Of a stretch of 64,000 nt of DNA, positions 1 to 10,240 are shown piece after piece. Numbering within the stretch: the first letter of the stretch is position 1; each line of letters begins with the position of its first letter. The translations under genes were made by a program, and so were the position numbers. Origin of the DNA: Octopus bimaculoides (Eukaryota); assembly GCF_001194135.2 (NCBI RefSeq), contig NC_068983.1:70483691-70547690 (forward strand), written 5' to 3'. The notes beneath the pieces were generated by a model that was not told where the DNA came from, searched no databases, and saw only the letters and a program-made list of their open reading frames with translations.

Positions 1-551
1 TTTACTAAAGGCATTTACAGTGCATGGTGATGTTCTTAAACTGGGCGGTAGATTATGTTTAACTATCCATGTAGACAAAAGCAATATTTGAACCCAGAAC
101 GAAAAAAAAAAAGGAACAAATATTACAAAGAGTGCTATCTGACGTTCTTAGAATTACGAAAATCTGCCTCCAGATTTTACATTTTATAATTGACCTGAAA
201 GGCAAAGTTGGCCTCGGTGGGATCTGAACTCAGAGAGAATCTAAACAAATACCGCACGACAGTTTATCTGATGCACTACGATTCTGCCAGTTCGGCACTT
301 ATTTACCTAGACAATGGCCACCCTAAAATTTTTGCCACTTTATTTCCTTTAAAAATAATTACAACGTTGAGTAAATGCTCTAGCAGCAGCGCTATCACAC
401 GATATCAAGAAATAGCTGCCGTATACTCTTAGGCATTAGCTATGAGTGAATAAAAGACAGAAATAGACACGATTTGGAACGCTTTTAATCATATTGCACA
501 ATCACTGCTGACGACGACAGCAACTACTACTACTACTGTTGCTTTTTCTTC

Positions 552-787
552 ATAATAATAATAATAATAATGATTTCAAATTTTGCCACAACGGCAGCAA
601 TTTTGGGGGAGGGGATGAGTCGATTACATCGACTCCAGTGTTCAACTGATACTTGTTTTATCGACCCCGAAAGGATGAAAGGCAAAATCGACCTCGGTAA
701 AATTTGAACTCTGAATGCTAAGACGTACGAAATGCCGCTAAGCATTTTGCCCGGCCTACTAACGATTCTGTCAGCTCGACACCTTCC
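552..787 (-). mobile_element. tRNA-derived SINE, family A (central domain CCTTTCATCCTTTCGGGGTCGATAAA on the element strand)
   Basis: Minus strand has a tRNA-like head with A-box-like GCTGACAGAATCGTTAG and B-box-like GAGTTCAAATTT, then the central domain and a (TTA)n tail at 552-570. The same sequence recurs many times in the window. A more degraded copy lies at ~185-300. Confidence 0.8.
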
Positions 788-834
<47 letters not shown>

Positions 835-2374
835 TCAGCAACAACAACAACAACAACAATAGTAATGATTTCTGATTTAGACAGAAAGCCAGCAATTTTG
901 TAGGAGGAAGGGCTTAATTGAAATTATTGACCCCAGTTCTTAGACTGACACTTTATTTTACCAACTCCGTTTTGAGACAAAAAAATACTGGTCAATAAAG
1001 CACTGAAATTACATATACACAAAACAAATATAAATATATATAAATAAATGACAATGCATAAAAACAAATAAAAGCAAATCAAGCACACATGGATGAGAAA
1101 CTACCACATAGTAACTACCGGTTCAAAGTATTGCACAACTTCATCCATCTTCCATTCCGTGTTCTAAAATCTGAGCACTTAAAAAATATCCGTATTTCTG
1201 GACCTAGCCAAGCCATGAAAAGTTCGACCTTTGTTGTGTGATCTCTCCAGCAATCACAAAGCACGACGTGGTCATTTTCACGTCTGTTAAGAATCGCCTA
1301 CTGCTAGTTCCTCCTTGTGTGTTCGATCAACGTATTAACTGGTTCGGTTCTTCTCAGGTTAAACATTAATCTGAACCAGTTTCATCGCTTCAGGCTATCG
1401 TACAACCGAGTTCTCTGTTAGTCTACTCTTATTGCATTTTACACGTCGTCTGCCTGTCTTTTTCCTTTTTCCCACTATCACCAACAGTTTGTCGCCAATG
1501 TCTCTCTTCTCATCTCTTCATATCGTCGGAAGATGATATAGGTGGTACAATTAGGAGTTTATCACGGCTTCCTGGTCGTCGGCATCTGGCGCTGAGAAGA
1601 CGATTTCGTTTACCATCCCATAAGCTTTAACCGATTTTATAACAATACATATGAAATTTAACAATCTTATTGTACAATAATAGTGTGTATAAATTTTATA
1701 TATTATAAACATTAATTTTAAATGCCAAAATGTAAGAAAATAACATTTTATACTTATTCCTATAGGTAAAGCAGATCGCAGCAGGGTTTAAATTCCGAAT
1801 ATAGAGGATCGTATATAAACGCTGCAATGCGTTGTATCCGCTGCTCTATTGATTCAGCCAGTCTACTGTCTAGGATGTAAGGATTTCCGTACCTTTCCTT
1901 AAGGACTTAAGGTGTAAGTGAAGTCATTGAGCTTCGACTGGTGGTTGAAATTGAATGGCGTTTTTCAGCGCAATACAAAATTGGAAACTAAACCACGTAT
2001 CATGTTGAGCTGCGCTGGTGTAAAATTAAAAGTTCTTGCATTTTAGCAGAAGAACAAAAAAATTGCAGTAAAGCAGCGTAATAGTGGTGTCAGACGTAAC
2101 ATGCAGACCGTCATAGAACTTGCTTGACATCGTGTTTTTATTCTTCTCTTCTGTTTTATGAATTCAGTGAGCACATGCATATTGTGTGTTCATACTTCTC
2201 TTTCCGGTTCCTACCCACAACTGTTTACAGATCACAACCATCTCACGAACATGCGTTCGTGAGAAGCACGTCGCGCTCCGATGGTTGTGAAAAAATACAG
2301 GATATATAACTGGTTTCCAACTTTGGTGTATGACTAAACTTTCAATGAAGGTTACTGTTATTTATAATGAGCAG

Positions 2375-2530
2375 TAAAATATCGGTACTTATGCTATCGA
2401 CCCAAGAAAAATGAAAGGCAAAGTCGACCTCGGTGAGATTTCAACTCCAAATATATAAAGGGATATAATTAAATATCGCAAGACAATCTGTTCGTTACTC
2501 TCTACTTATTCTGCCAATCTACTGCCTTAT
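2375..2530 (-). mobile_element. Degenerate SINE family A copy
   Basis: Contains atcgacccaagaaaaatgaaaggcaaagtcgacctcggtgagatttcaactc, matching the family A central domain and B-box region. Confidence 0.65.
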
Positions 2531-3106
2531 ATAATACATGATTACAAGCCGTGAAAGCTCCAAATATAAACTTCCAGAGAAATAGGGCTTCTGGAATACT
2601 TTGCCCAGTGTTTCGATATTCGGACCTCTAATCTAAATTTAAGGACAAGTTAGTAAAGAATGTCATTTATATATTCACCGTGACTGATGAAAATAACTCC
2701 GATTAATGAGGATCGAGTTCTAGTTACTAACACTCACTCATAGATATTGTTCTATATGTAACTTTTTTTTATTAAGTACGTCACTACACTACTTTTAGAA
2801 TTTAACATTCAGAAGATTATATTTAATTGTATATGGCTGCTGTTATAAAATACTAAATGGAAAGAGGACGGTAAGAATTAATGAGTACTTTCTCAGATAC
2901 TTTAAAATTTAAAGCGGTCAATAAGGTGTTGCAGTTTGCCATCAGTTACTAGGAGCTGCGATCTTCTAATAATTTCAGCATTAGAGTACATAAGATGTCC
3001 ACTACAGAATAAGGCTCACGAAAGCTTTTCAAAGAGCGAGAATTTATTAGAGAAAGTATAATTTAAAAACTTAGTAATAATTTAAAGTGATTGCTAAAAT
3101 TCGACG

Positions 3107-3500
3107 TTACTCTTTTACTCTATTACTTGTTTCAGTCATTTGACTGAGGCCATGTTGGAGCACCACCTTTAGTCGATCAAATTGGCCCCAGGACTTATTC
3201 TTTGTAAGCCTAGTACTTATTCTATCGGTGTCTTTTTGCTGAACCACTAAGTTACGGGGACGTAAACACACCAGCATCGGTTGTCAAGCGATGCTGGAGG
3301 GACAAACACAGACACACAAACACACATATATACATATACATATATACGACGGGCTTCTTTCAGTTTCCGTCTACTAAATCCACTCACAAGGCTTTGGTCG
3401 GCTCGAGGCTATAGTAAAAGACACTTGCCCAAGGTGCAACGCAGTGGGACTGAACCCGGAACCATGTGGTTCATAAGCAAGCTACTTATCACACAGCCAC
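3107..3500 (-). mobile_element. tRNA-derived CORE-type SINE, family B
   Basis: Minus strand begins gagtggctgtgtg...ggttccgggttcagtccc (tRNA head), then the CORE-like ccttgggcaagtgtctt, an internal (TA/TG) microsatellite, and a 3' tail of AGAGTAA-like repeats at ~3107-3125. Confidence 0.8.
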
Positions 3501-5115
3501 TCATATATATTAAAAAATTTAACTGTTTACATTTAATGATAAAACAAAGAATAACTTAAATTAAGACACTTTTACTGAGCTTTCCAGTTAATGTTACAGA
3601 AAAGTTAATTTAAATACCTATGATAATATTAACATTGAAATCAAGGTTATGAGGACTAGACTAAAATTAAATAAACTCAGCAATTATTAAACTTGGAATG
3701 GCTAACACTAATTTCTATGTGAAGATGAGAAAAGCAACCGGGCTTTGTCAGTGTACGAAATAATTAATTTTTACATACGCGATACACATAGTAAAAAAAC
3801 TTAAAACACTAACCGATACACGTTTTTTATATGAATGATGATTAGCAGACTTGTAATACTTCAATGTCTATTAATTAATTAAACGTAGAAAAGAATAATT
3901 TGTACGTTCAAGAGATTAAGCCATAAAATTACAGTACCTAGAAATGTGAAGAATTAACGTTTTAGATCCGATTTTAAGTGTGCTTTCAACAGTTGTCGGC
4001 TCTAGAAAAATCCGAAAAAGTGTCTTTAAGCTCTTGTGTATCAATGATAATTTTAGATTCTACTATTGTATTAAAAAACTATGTGGTAATATATGCACAT
4101 GAATTTCTGATTTGTTGTCGGATAAAGCCACCTTTTATAAGGCCTCCCAGTTTTATATTTAAATGTTACACGTACAATAATTTGGTTTAAGCTTATTTTT
4201 TTGTTAAACGTGAAATAGAAAAAAAATACATGGACGCAGAACGACATTCATCATCAGCTGCACAGAGTTAGAGCGAAGAATATCTGAAAGAAATTTTAAG
4301 ATAGCTTCCAGATGAGAATATTCGGGATATTTGGGCCTCCATTTGTGAGTTCTGGTCGGCGGGGGTTACTTTAACTTGGCAGCGACATCGATTCTGTCAT
4401 TATAAGCTCCACGTAGTAGAGTTAAAAGGAAACGCAGCTCCTACGAAACTTTAAGTAATGTGAGAAACTACGACAACTTGTATTTAAACTCCAACTAAAC
4501 GTGTCGAGTGCTATGATCTTTCAGTTTTCATTTGTTCATCCGTTCATATATAGGTGTGTATGTGTTTTTATATCTCATACATCACAGAAAATTTTTAGGA
4601 ACTTATTTTAAGTTTATACACAACTATACAAAAAGTATTTATAATAATTTATAATAACGTATCAATTATATCTCACATTGCAAGAGCAGTTTCGATTCTA
4701 GGTCTCACTACAACATTAAATGGGCTATTGTTGATTATATTAGCCTTTAGATGAACTGTTCGGAATGTTGTCGACCATTTGTCATAGAGCGCTAACATAC
4801 AAATAATACAGGCAATTATTTAAGCAGAAAATATTTTCTGTAAGTGCAGCCATGCAAATAAGTTTTCTTTAATGAATTGTAAATCGCACCCAATTTTATC
4901 AATGATTGTTAACTGTAATAGCAACCAAATGTTTTATAGAATATTATCAGACATTTTACATTATGACGCTATAGGATGCTGAATTTACTGTTTTTGCGTC
5001 GTAGAATTCTTTTGTTAATGTACTATTCGGTACACTTGCAGATGTTTTTTTTTTACGATAACAGTTGCTCTTGCTCATTACATATGTAAATATACAAACA
5101 TACGTACATGAATAC

Positions 5116-5146
<31 letters not shown>

Positions 5147-5152
5147 TGTATG

Positions 5153-6120
5153 TCATTATTCAGTTTATTTTAAGATTTCTTGCCAATAGAGAAAGAACCA
5201 GTTTCTAACCTAGATCCAAGGTTCCTTCATTGGAATTTCAACATCAACAAAAGGGTATATTTGTATGTATGTATGTATGTATGTATGTGCAGATTTGTAT
5301 GTTTAATGTATGTATTCTCACGCATATAATTACATATCTAGACATGCTCATATATATTTAAATGATAAACTTCTGGAAAGTTTTACAGATTTTTACACTA
5401 CCAATGATGGATTGGATCTGTAGTCTTCGAATTAGCTTTCTCCTTTCTGGTTTTGAGAAACCTAATTTTTCAATATTGGTATTTAGGCAATGTGTTACAT
5501 ATCCCAGGGTCCCAATAAATTTAGCATAGGTGTTCTCTTTTTCACTGATCTTCTGTTTTATGTTAACATCCGCCAGGCAGCTAATTTCCGCAACTATGCA
5601 CAGTTTCACTTCTCTATCCCAAATCATTATATCAGGTCTGTTGTGCTTACATTTTATTGAAGTCTTCACTGGTACATTCCACTACTATTCCTTTTTATTA
5701 TGAGTAGCTATGGCTTCTACCGTATTGTGGGATTTTATGTCTTTATCCTTGGGATTACCCTTCCGACGGATTTCATTATAGAGTGTCCTAGCTACAACGT
5801 CATGTCCCATCGGTAGATAATCCGTGATGACATTTTTGGTCAACTGCTTATGATGTAGGTGATATCTTGAATGTGAACTCCACAAAGTCTGCATCGATTG
5901 TCACATTTTACGGTTTTTCCTGCATTTCTATCCCTTTTGTGCCACAGGCACTTGGTTGATATTTCCTGTTTCTGGATTGCAAACGCATACTCTTGAAAGT
6001 GGGAGGTAGTAATCTGGCTATTCGTCCATGATAAACTGCGTTGATGATCGATGCTACTATCATCACGGAGCTTTCTAGCAACATATCTTGCATAGTCTTC
6101 TGCTCATATAGGCTCATCCC
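5153..6120 (-). mobile_element. 5'-truncated R4/Dong-like non-LTR retrotransposon (zinc knuckle + restriction-like endonuclease + 3' UTR), copy 1
   Basis: Frameshifted minus-strand translation SIDHQRSLSWT...AIQKQEISTK...CRLCGVHIQDITYII...GHDVVA...RPDIMIWDREVKLCIVAEISCLADVNIKQKISEKENTY...VKICKTFQKFII*: a CCHC-type knuckle plus a PD..E..K RLE motif. Flanked on both sides by (TATG)n. Confidence 0.85.
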
Positions 6121-6990
6121 TGTATGTATGTATGTATGTATGTATGTATGTATCTATGTATGTATGAATGCATGTATGTCTGTACGTACGCACGCACGAA
6201 CGCACGCACGCACACGCAAACACACACACATACACACACAAACACACATATTACAACAAAAATTTGAATTTTGAACATAGTTATCAAAGGTTTCGTATCC
6301 ATAAAGTCAGACTTTACACAAAGAAAAAAAAATTTTTAACTTTCTACGACGCGGACGTGAGGAAATGCTTAGAAATCGAGATTTAAGTCTTAACATATAA
6401 ATACGTTATTGAGGACGGGTTGTCTCCCCTGATCGAGAGGATAAAATAACCCTTATAGACCCGGAAAAACCTAACCAGCAAACAGGGAAATCCAATTTTC
6501 GAGTTGGAAGCGCTTGAAGTGAAAAAACTTTACGACTGTTTAACGCATCAGGCTAAGTATAATCCTTAAGAATTTTGGCTCTCTCTGTGATGCAGATTTT
6601 GCAACGGCCACTCCCAATATATGGGGCTGGATGGTCTATTATTTTCCACCTGATATCACATGGGGTCGCTTGATCTTTGAGGTGTCACACATGGTGGACC
6701 AGGGGCGTGGCAAACCGTCTTTCTGTGACTCTGAAGGATAACTGTTGGTTGCGGAAACAATGTTTGAAAGATGTACTGGTTGATCCGATATATATACAAA
6801 CTTGGGATGTGGCTATATTCGCACTCCTGGTATATCTCTGATAGGCTCCGGGCCAAAGGATGCTGTTGGTAACAGTGTTGCTGACGCAGTTGTTATGGCG
6901 TAATAGTCCGGCGGAGTTATCGCCGTGGCTATCACTACCGGTCATGTGGTTGGTGATGTAGCTGCTGGCGTTAGTGTGGGTGCGGCCGGT

Positions 6991-7296
6991 GGTAACATAT
7001 GGTGCGGGGCCGATCATCCCATCGGTGTCGATGATAATTGTTTGGTCATCATCTGTTGTGGTGATACTGGGAACGCCGTATAGCTCCTCTGTGTCGCCGG
7101 TCCTGGATTGGTCATCATCTCTAGGTGTGGCGATTGTACTGGTGGTAACATAAGGTGCGGGAATGGTCACTCTATTTGTGTCTATGACAACGGTTTGTTC
7201 ATCATCCGTGGCGGTGGTGCTGGGGTTTTAGGTTGCATCTTCTGTGACGCTGTTCCTTGACTGGCAATCATGTCTGGCTGTGGCGATTGTACTGGT
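6991..7296 (-). repeat. Two diverged 153-bp (51-codon) tandem units inside the PLE endonuclease
   Basis: ggtggtaacataaggtgcggg at 7141 and ggtggtaacatatggtgcggg at 6988 are exactly 153 bp apart. The units align without gaps at 30/51 identical residues (hand count). Confidence 0.9.
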
Positions 7297-8479
7297 GTGA
7301 GATCTGGTTAATCTGCTAATATTGCTATTGGATGGTACATTGTTGGTAATGCAGATAGCATGTCTAGATGCCACCTTAGTTTCATAGATCACTCCTCTAG
7401 CCTCGCATTGGCCTCCTACTGGACAGTTATTATATACCCTGCAAGAACAACCTGCCTTTTCCCTTGTATTGTGGGTACTTGTTAAAATGTTTTTCATGTT
7501 AGGTGCACAACTAAAAGAGACTCTTAGGTTGTGCCTGTTAAATAATTGCCTGTATCTATGTGTGTGTGTGTGAAATGTTTGTCTACTAATCTAAGGAAAA
7601 TCCTTCCCACACAAATCTTGACGTTGAGCGAGAAGGGTGGAGCAAACCAAACGACGTTTTTGCGGAGCTTCTTTTTCCGGGTGCTAGGGCTTAGCATGTA
7701 GGAGATGCGGTCATTAAACCCACTCGATGCAAGTGCCTCATTGTAGTAGGGGGCAGCGACGTCGAAGACATCTTGGCTAGAGGATAGTTCCGAGATCATC
7801 TTGCTTACACCTTTCACTAGGTTCTTGAAAATGATAGGGATGGGATGGTAGGAGGCTGTGCTAATATAGAACAACCTCTCGTTTAGCTTGTGATCAGGCC
7901 TGTATGTACCAGAACCCAGATCTAATGTAACATCTAAAAAATCTACAGTAGTGAGATTAGTCTCAATGGTGACCTTAAGTCCCATTGAGCCTAAGGCGCT
8001 AATTAGGTCCTTCCTAAGTCTATCTAAAGTGGGCCCGTTGGCTCCTCTAGAGATAGCTAGGGAATCATCTCTGTAGAGACCGAAGAGGACCGAAGGCAAA
8101 CTATCCCCTAAGATGTCCAGGATGTACAGTCCGGTAAGATCACAGAAACGGCGCTGCCATATGCTCCCATAGCCACATCAAAGGAGCCCTCGGGGTTAGA
8201 TTGCTTGACCCACGTCGAATCTTTGCTGAACAGCACCGTCTTCCTGGCATTCATGATAACTCTAACATCACTATCACTAATATCTGTGAAGCCCTTAGCA
8301 AATAAAATTGCCTTCAGCAATAACTTTTGAAATCGATGGATAAAAGTCGACAATGTTGAACTGTGTAAACCTAGACCTGCCTCTGTCCCAGTTGGCAATA
8401 AACCATGAGGTTACATCATTGGTACTGCGCCATAGAGAGGGCCATGTGCCTTCTTATGTCATCATTAATCTTTCTCAGT

Positions 8480-9111
8480 ATATATATATATAAATAATGC
8501 GTTTTTTTTTCAATTGCATGAACTAAGAGTCGGAGGAGGACGGGATAAACTAACTGCATCAATTTGCTATAAAAGCAGGTAGTAATTTTACCTTTTATTT
8601 ATTCTTAGTGCAAGTTTTGAAGAGTTCAGTTCGATTTTAACAGTTATTTTTTCAAAGCTATAATGGAAGAGACAAAGGAGCATATTTGGCATATTTTGCT
8701 TTAAGGGTTCAATAAAGGCAACAACGCAGCGGTAAGTGCGAAGAATATTAATGCAGTAAATGGAGATCGGACAATAAGCGTCAGCCATTGTCAACGGTGG
8801 TTCCAGAAATTCCGAGCCAGAAACTACAGCCTAGAAACGAGCCTCATCCTGGAAGCTCTGTAGAGCTCGACGAGGACATCCTGCAAACCCTGGTGGAACA
8901 AAATTCCATCGTAACTGTTGAGGGACTAGCAGAGAAGATTGGATTTGATCATTCAACCACTCATCGACACCTGCATACCATCGGAAAAGTCAGCAAATTG
9001 GTTTCAAAACGAAAGGTATTCTTTCATCAGGATAATGCTCGGCCACATACAGCGAGGATGACATTCCATAAGCTGGAGCAGTTTGAATGGAAAACGATGA
9101 CCCACCCACCA
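8480..9111 (+). mobile_element. Internally deleted, 3'-truncated mariner (DD34D-type) transposon nested in the PLE
   Basis: Translation EHIWHILL..FNKGNNAAVSAKNINAVNGDRTISVSHCQRWFQKFR..(HTH)..VELDEDILQTLVEQNS..TVEGLAEKIGFDHSTTHRHLHTIGKVSKL|..VFFHQDNARPHTARMT..KLEQFEWKTMTHPP. The left end starts at a (TA)n run at ~8479-8490. Confidence 0.9.
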
Positions 9112-9931
9112 GGTGGTATCTGGGGTTGGAGGCCTAATTAGGCTTGCGGTCTTTTAAAGTGATAAAGGCATTTTTCATGGCCAAAATCTCCACTCTGTTT
9201 GCTATACCTAGGCTAACTACTATCTGTTTAGCCTCACAGTTAATGTTATTACAAGTGTGTGGTAAAGCGCGTCTGTATTTTTGTGTAATAGAATCATTTA
9301 AAAGCCTATCGTAAGTGTATGTGGCTATCATGTATAAGTTCTTCGTCTTATCCGAGAATACTAAGGACCTGTTAGAGCTTCTTATTTTTGTATATCTTCA
9401 CGAAGTTTGCTTTGAAAAGGGAAAAAGGACTTACGGAATTTCAACCTGGGTATTATGTCCAGTAGGTCCGCTTCGAAGGCCTCGATTTCCTTTATCCTAG
9501 GTGGGAATTTCGTAGACTTTCCGTACGTATTAGTCTCGGAAGGTGGCGTGTTTTGATCATAAAAAAACGCCTTCCATCTCATGCGCCTTATAAGGTCTGT
9601 CATTTTCTCCAGTAACATTTTCGTATAGACCTCATTGGAATGTATTGGGATATTTTTGTAGAATATCCTACATCGAAACGTTCCATGTTATCCTTGGGGT
9701 AGCAATTGATAATTTTAGGAGTGCAGGGATCGGTACAGTTATCAAACGCAGACGAAGTACTGCACTTCATAAAACACACTGTTAACGGGTCGCAAATAGA
9801 CAGTCAATATAATATATTATATAAGCAACGTAGATAGTTAGAAAATTTCTGTGAGTGAAAGTAGTAACTATACTGAGAAGTAATGTTTCACGAGCTGGAG
9901 TTAATTCCTGCTATCTCTAGCTGCCGAGTGT

Positions 9932-9980
9932 TCACCACTGACGATGGACACAAATAGCCCGAAACCGTTCTGTCTGGTGA
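9932..9980 (+). ncRNA. Minimal type I hammerhead ribozyme motif (PLE-type), slightly degenerate
   Basis: TCACCA CTGACGA T GGAC acaaata GCCC GAAA CCGTTCTG TC TGGTGA: perfect 6-bp stem I (TCACCA/TGGTGA), intact CUGANGA and GAAA cores, GUC cleavage triplet, one mismatch in stem II and a short stem III. Confidence 0.72.
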
Positions 9981-10120
9981 TCTCAATGTCTGCTAGAAAG
10001 TAGAGGTTCGCTCCCTTGCTTGCAATATATACTGGGTGCAGGATGCATCAGTAACAAGCCAGAGGTGGTCCTTCCTGAAGTTAAAAACGGTAGTAACGTC
10101 AAACAGCCATATTGTTGTGG

Positions 10121-10122
<2 letters not shown>

Positions 10123-10195
<73 letters not shown>

Positions 10196-10240
10196 CTCTC
10201 TCACTCACTCACTCACTCATCCATGTATATATATATATAT
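10123..10240. repeat. Compound microsatellite (CA)n-(CT)n-(CACT)n-(TA)n
   Basis: Directly visible. Confidence 0.95.

Larger units (their letters stand above)
6480..9686 (-). mobile_element. Near full-length degenerate Penelope-like element, Naiad type (RT + GIY-YIG endonuclease)
   Basis: Reconstructed across frameshifts and stops: ATG at 9686, MERFDVGYSTK..LLEKMTDLIRRMRWKAFFY..; AFITLKDRKPN*ASNPRYHLV; FDVAMGAY..CDLTGLYILD..GLYRDD (RT catalytic motif); VDFLDVTLDL; PPFSLNVKICVGRIFLRLVDKHF; linker CSCRVYNNCPVGGQC (CxCx5C, recalled as the Naiad hallmark); VIY...YIG...CKICITERAKIL...LNSR. Interrupted by a mariner at ~8480-9111. Confidence 0.88.

Noticed and set aside
4210-4480. MDAERH..SEEYLKEILR*LPDENIRDIW as a piggyBac-like N-terminus
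   Set aside because: The resemblance is vague, there are two stops, and no TTAA-flanked TIR or catalytic region was found.
6283-6312. Sense-strand hammerhead-like remnant at the Naiad 3' end (CTGACTTT..ATACGAAACC)
   Set aside because: The CUGANGA core is broken and the stems cannot be formed. At most a decayed relic.
6685-6687. In-frame TGA in the Naiad ORF as possible selenocysteine recoding (reported for some Naiads)
   Set aside because: It falls at the conserved Trp of H[I/V]W.LK, so TGG>TGA decay is the simpler explanation. The other stops are TAA/TAG and I found no convincing SECIS.
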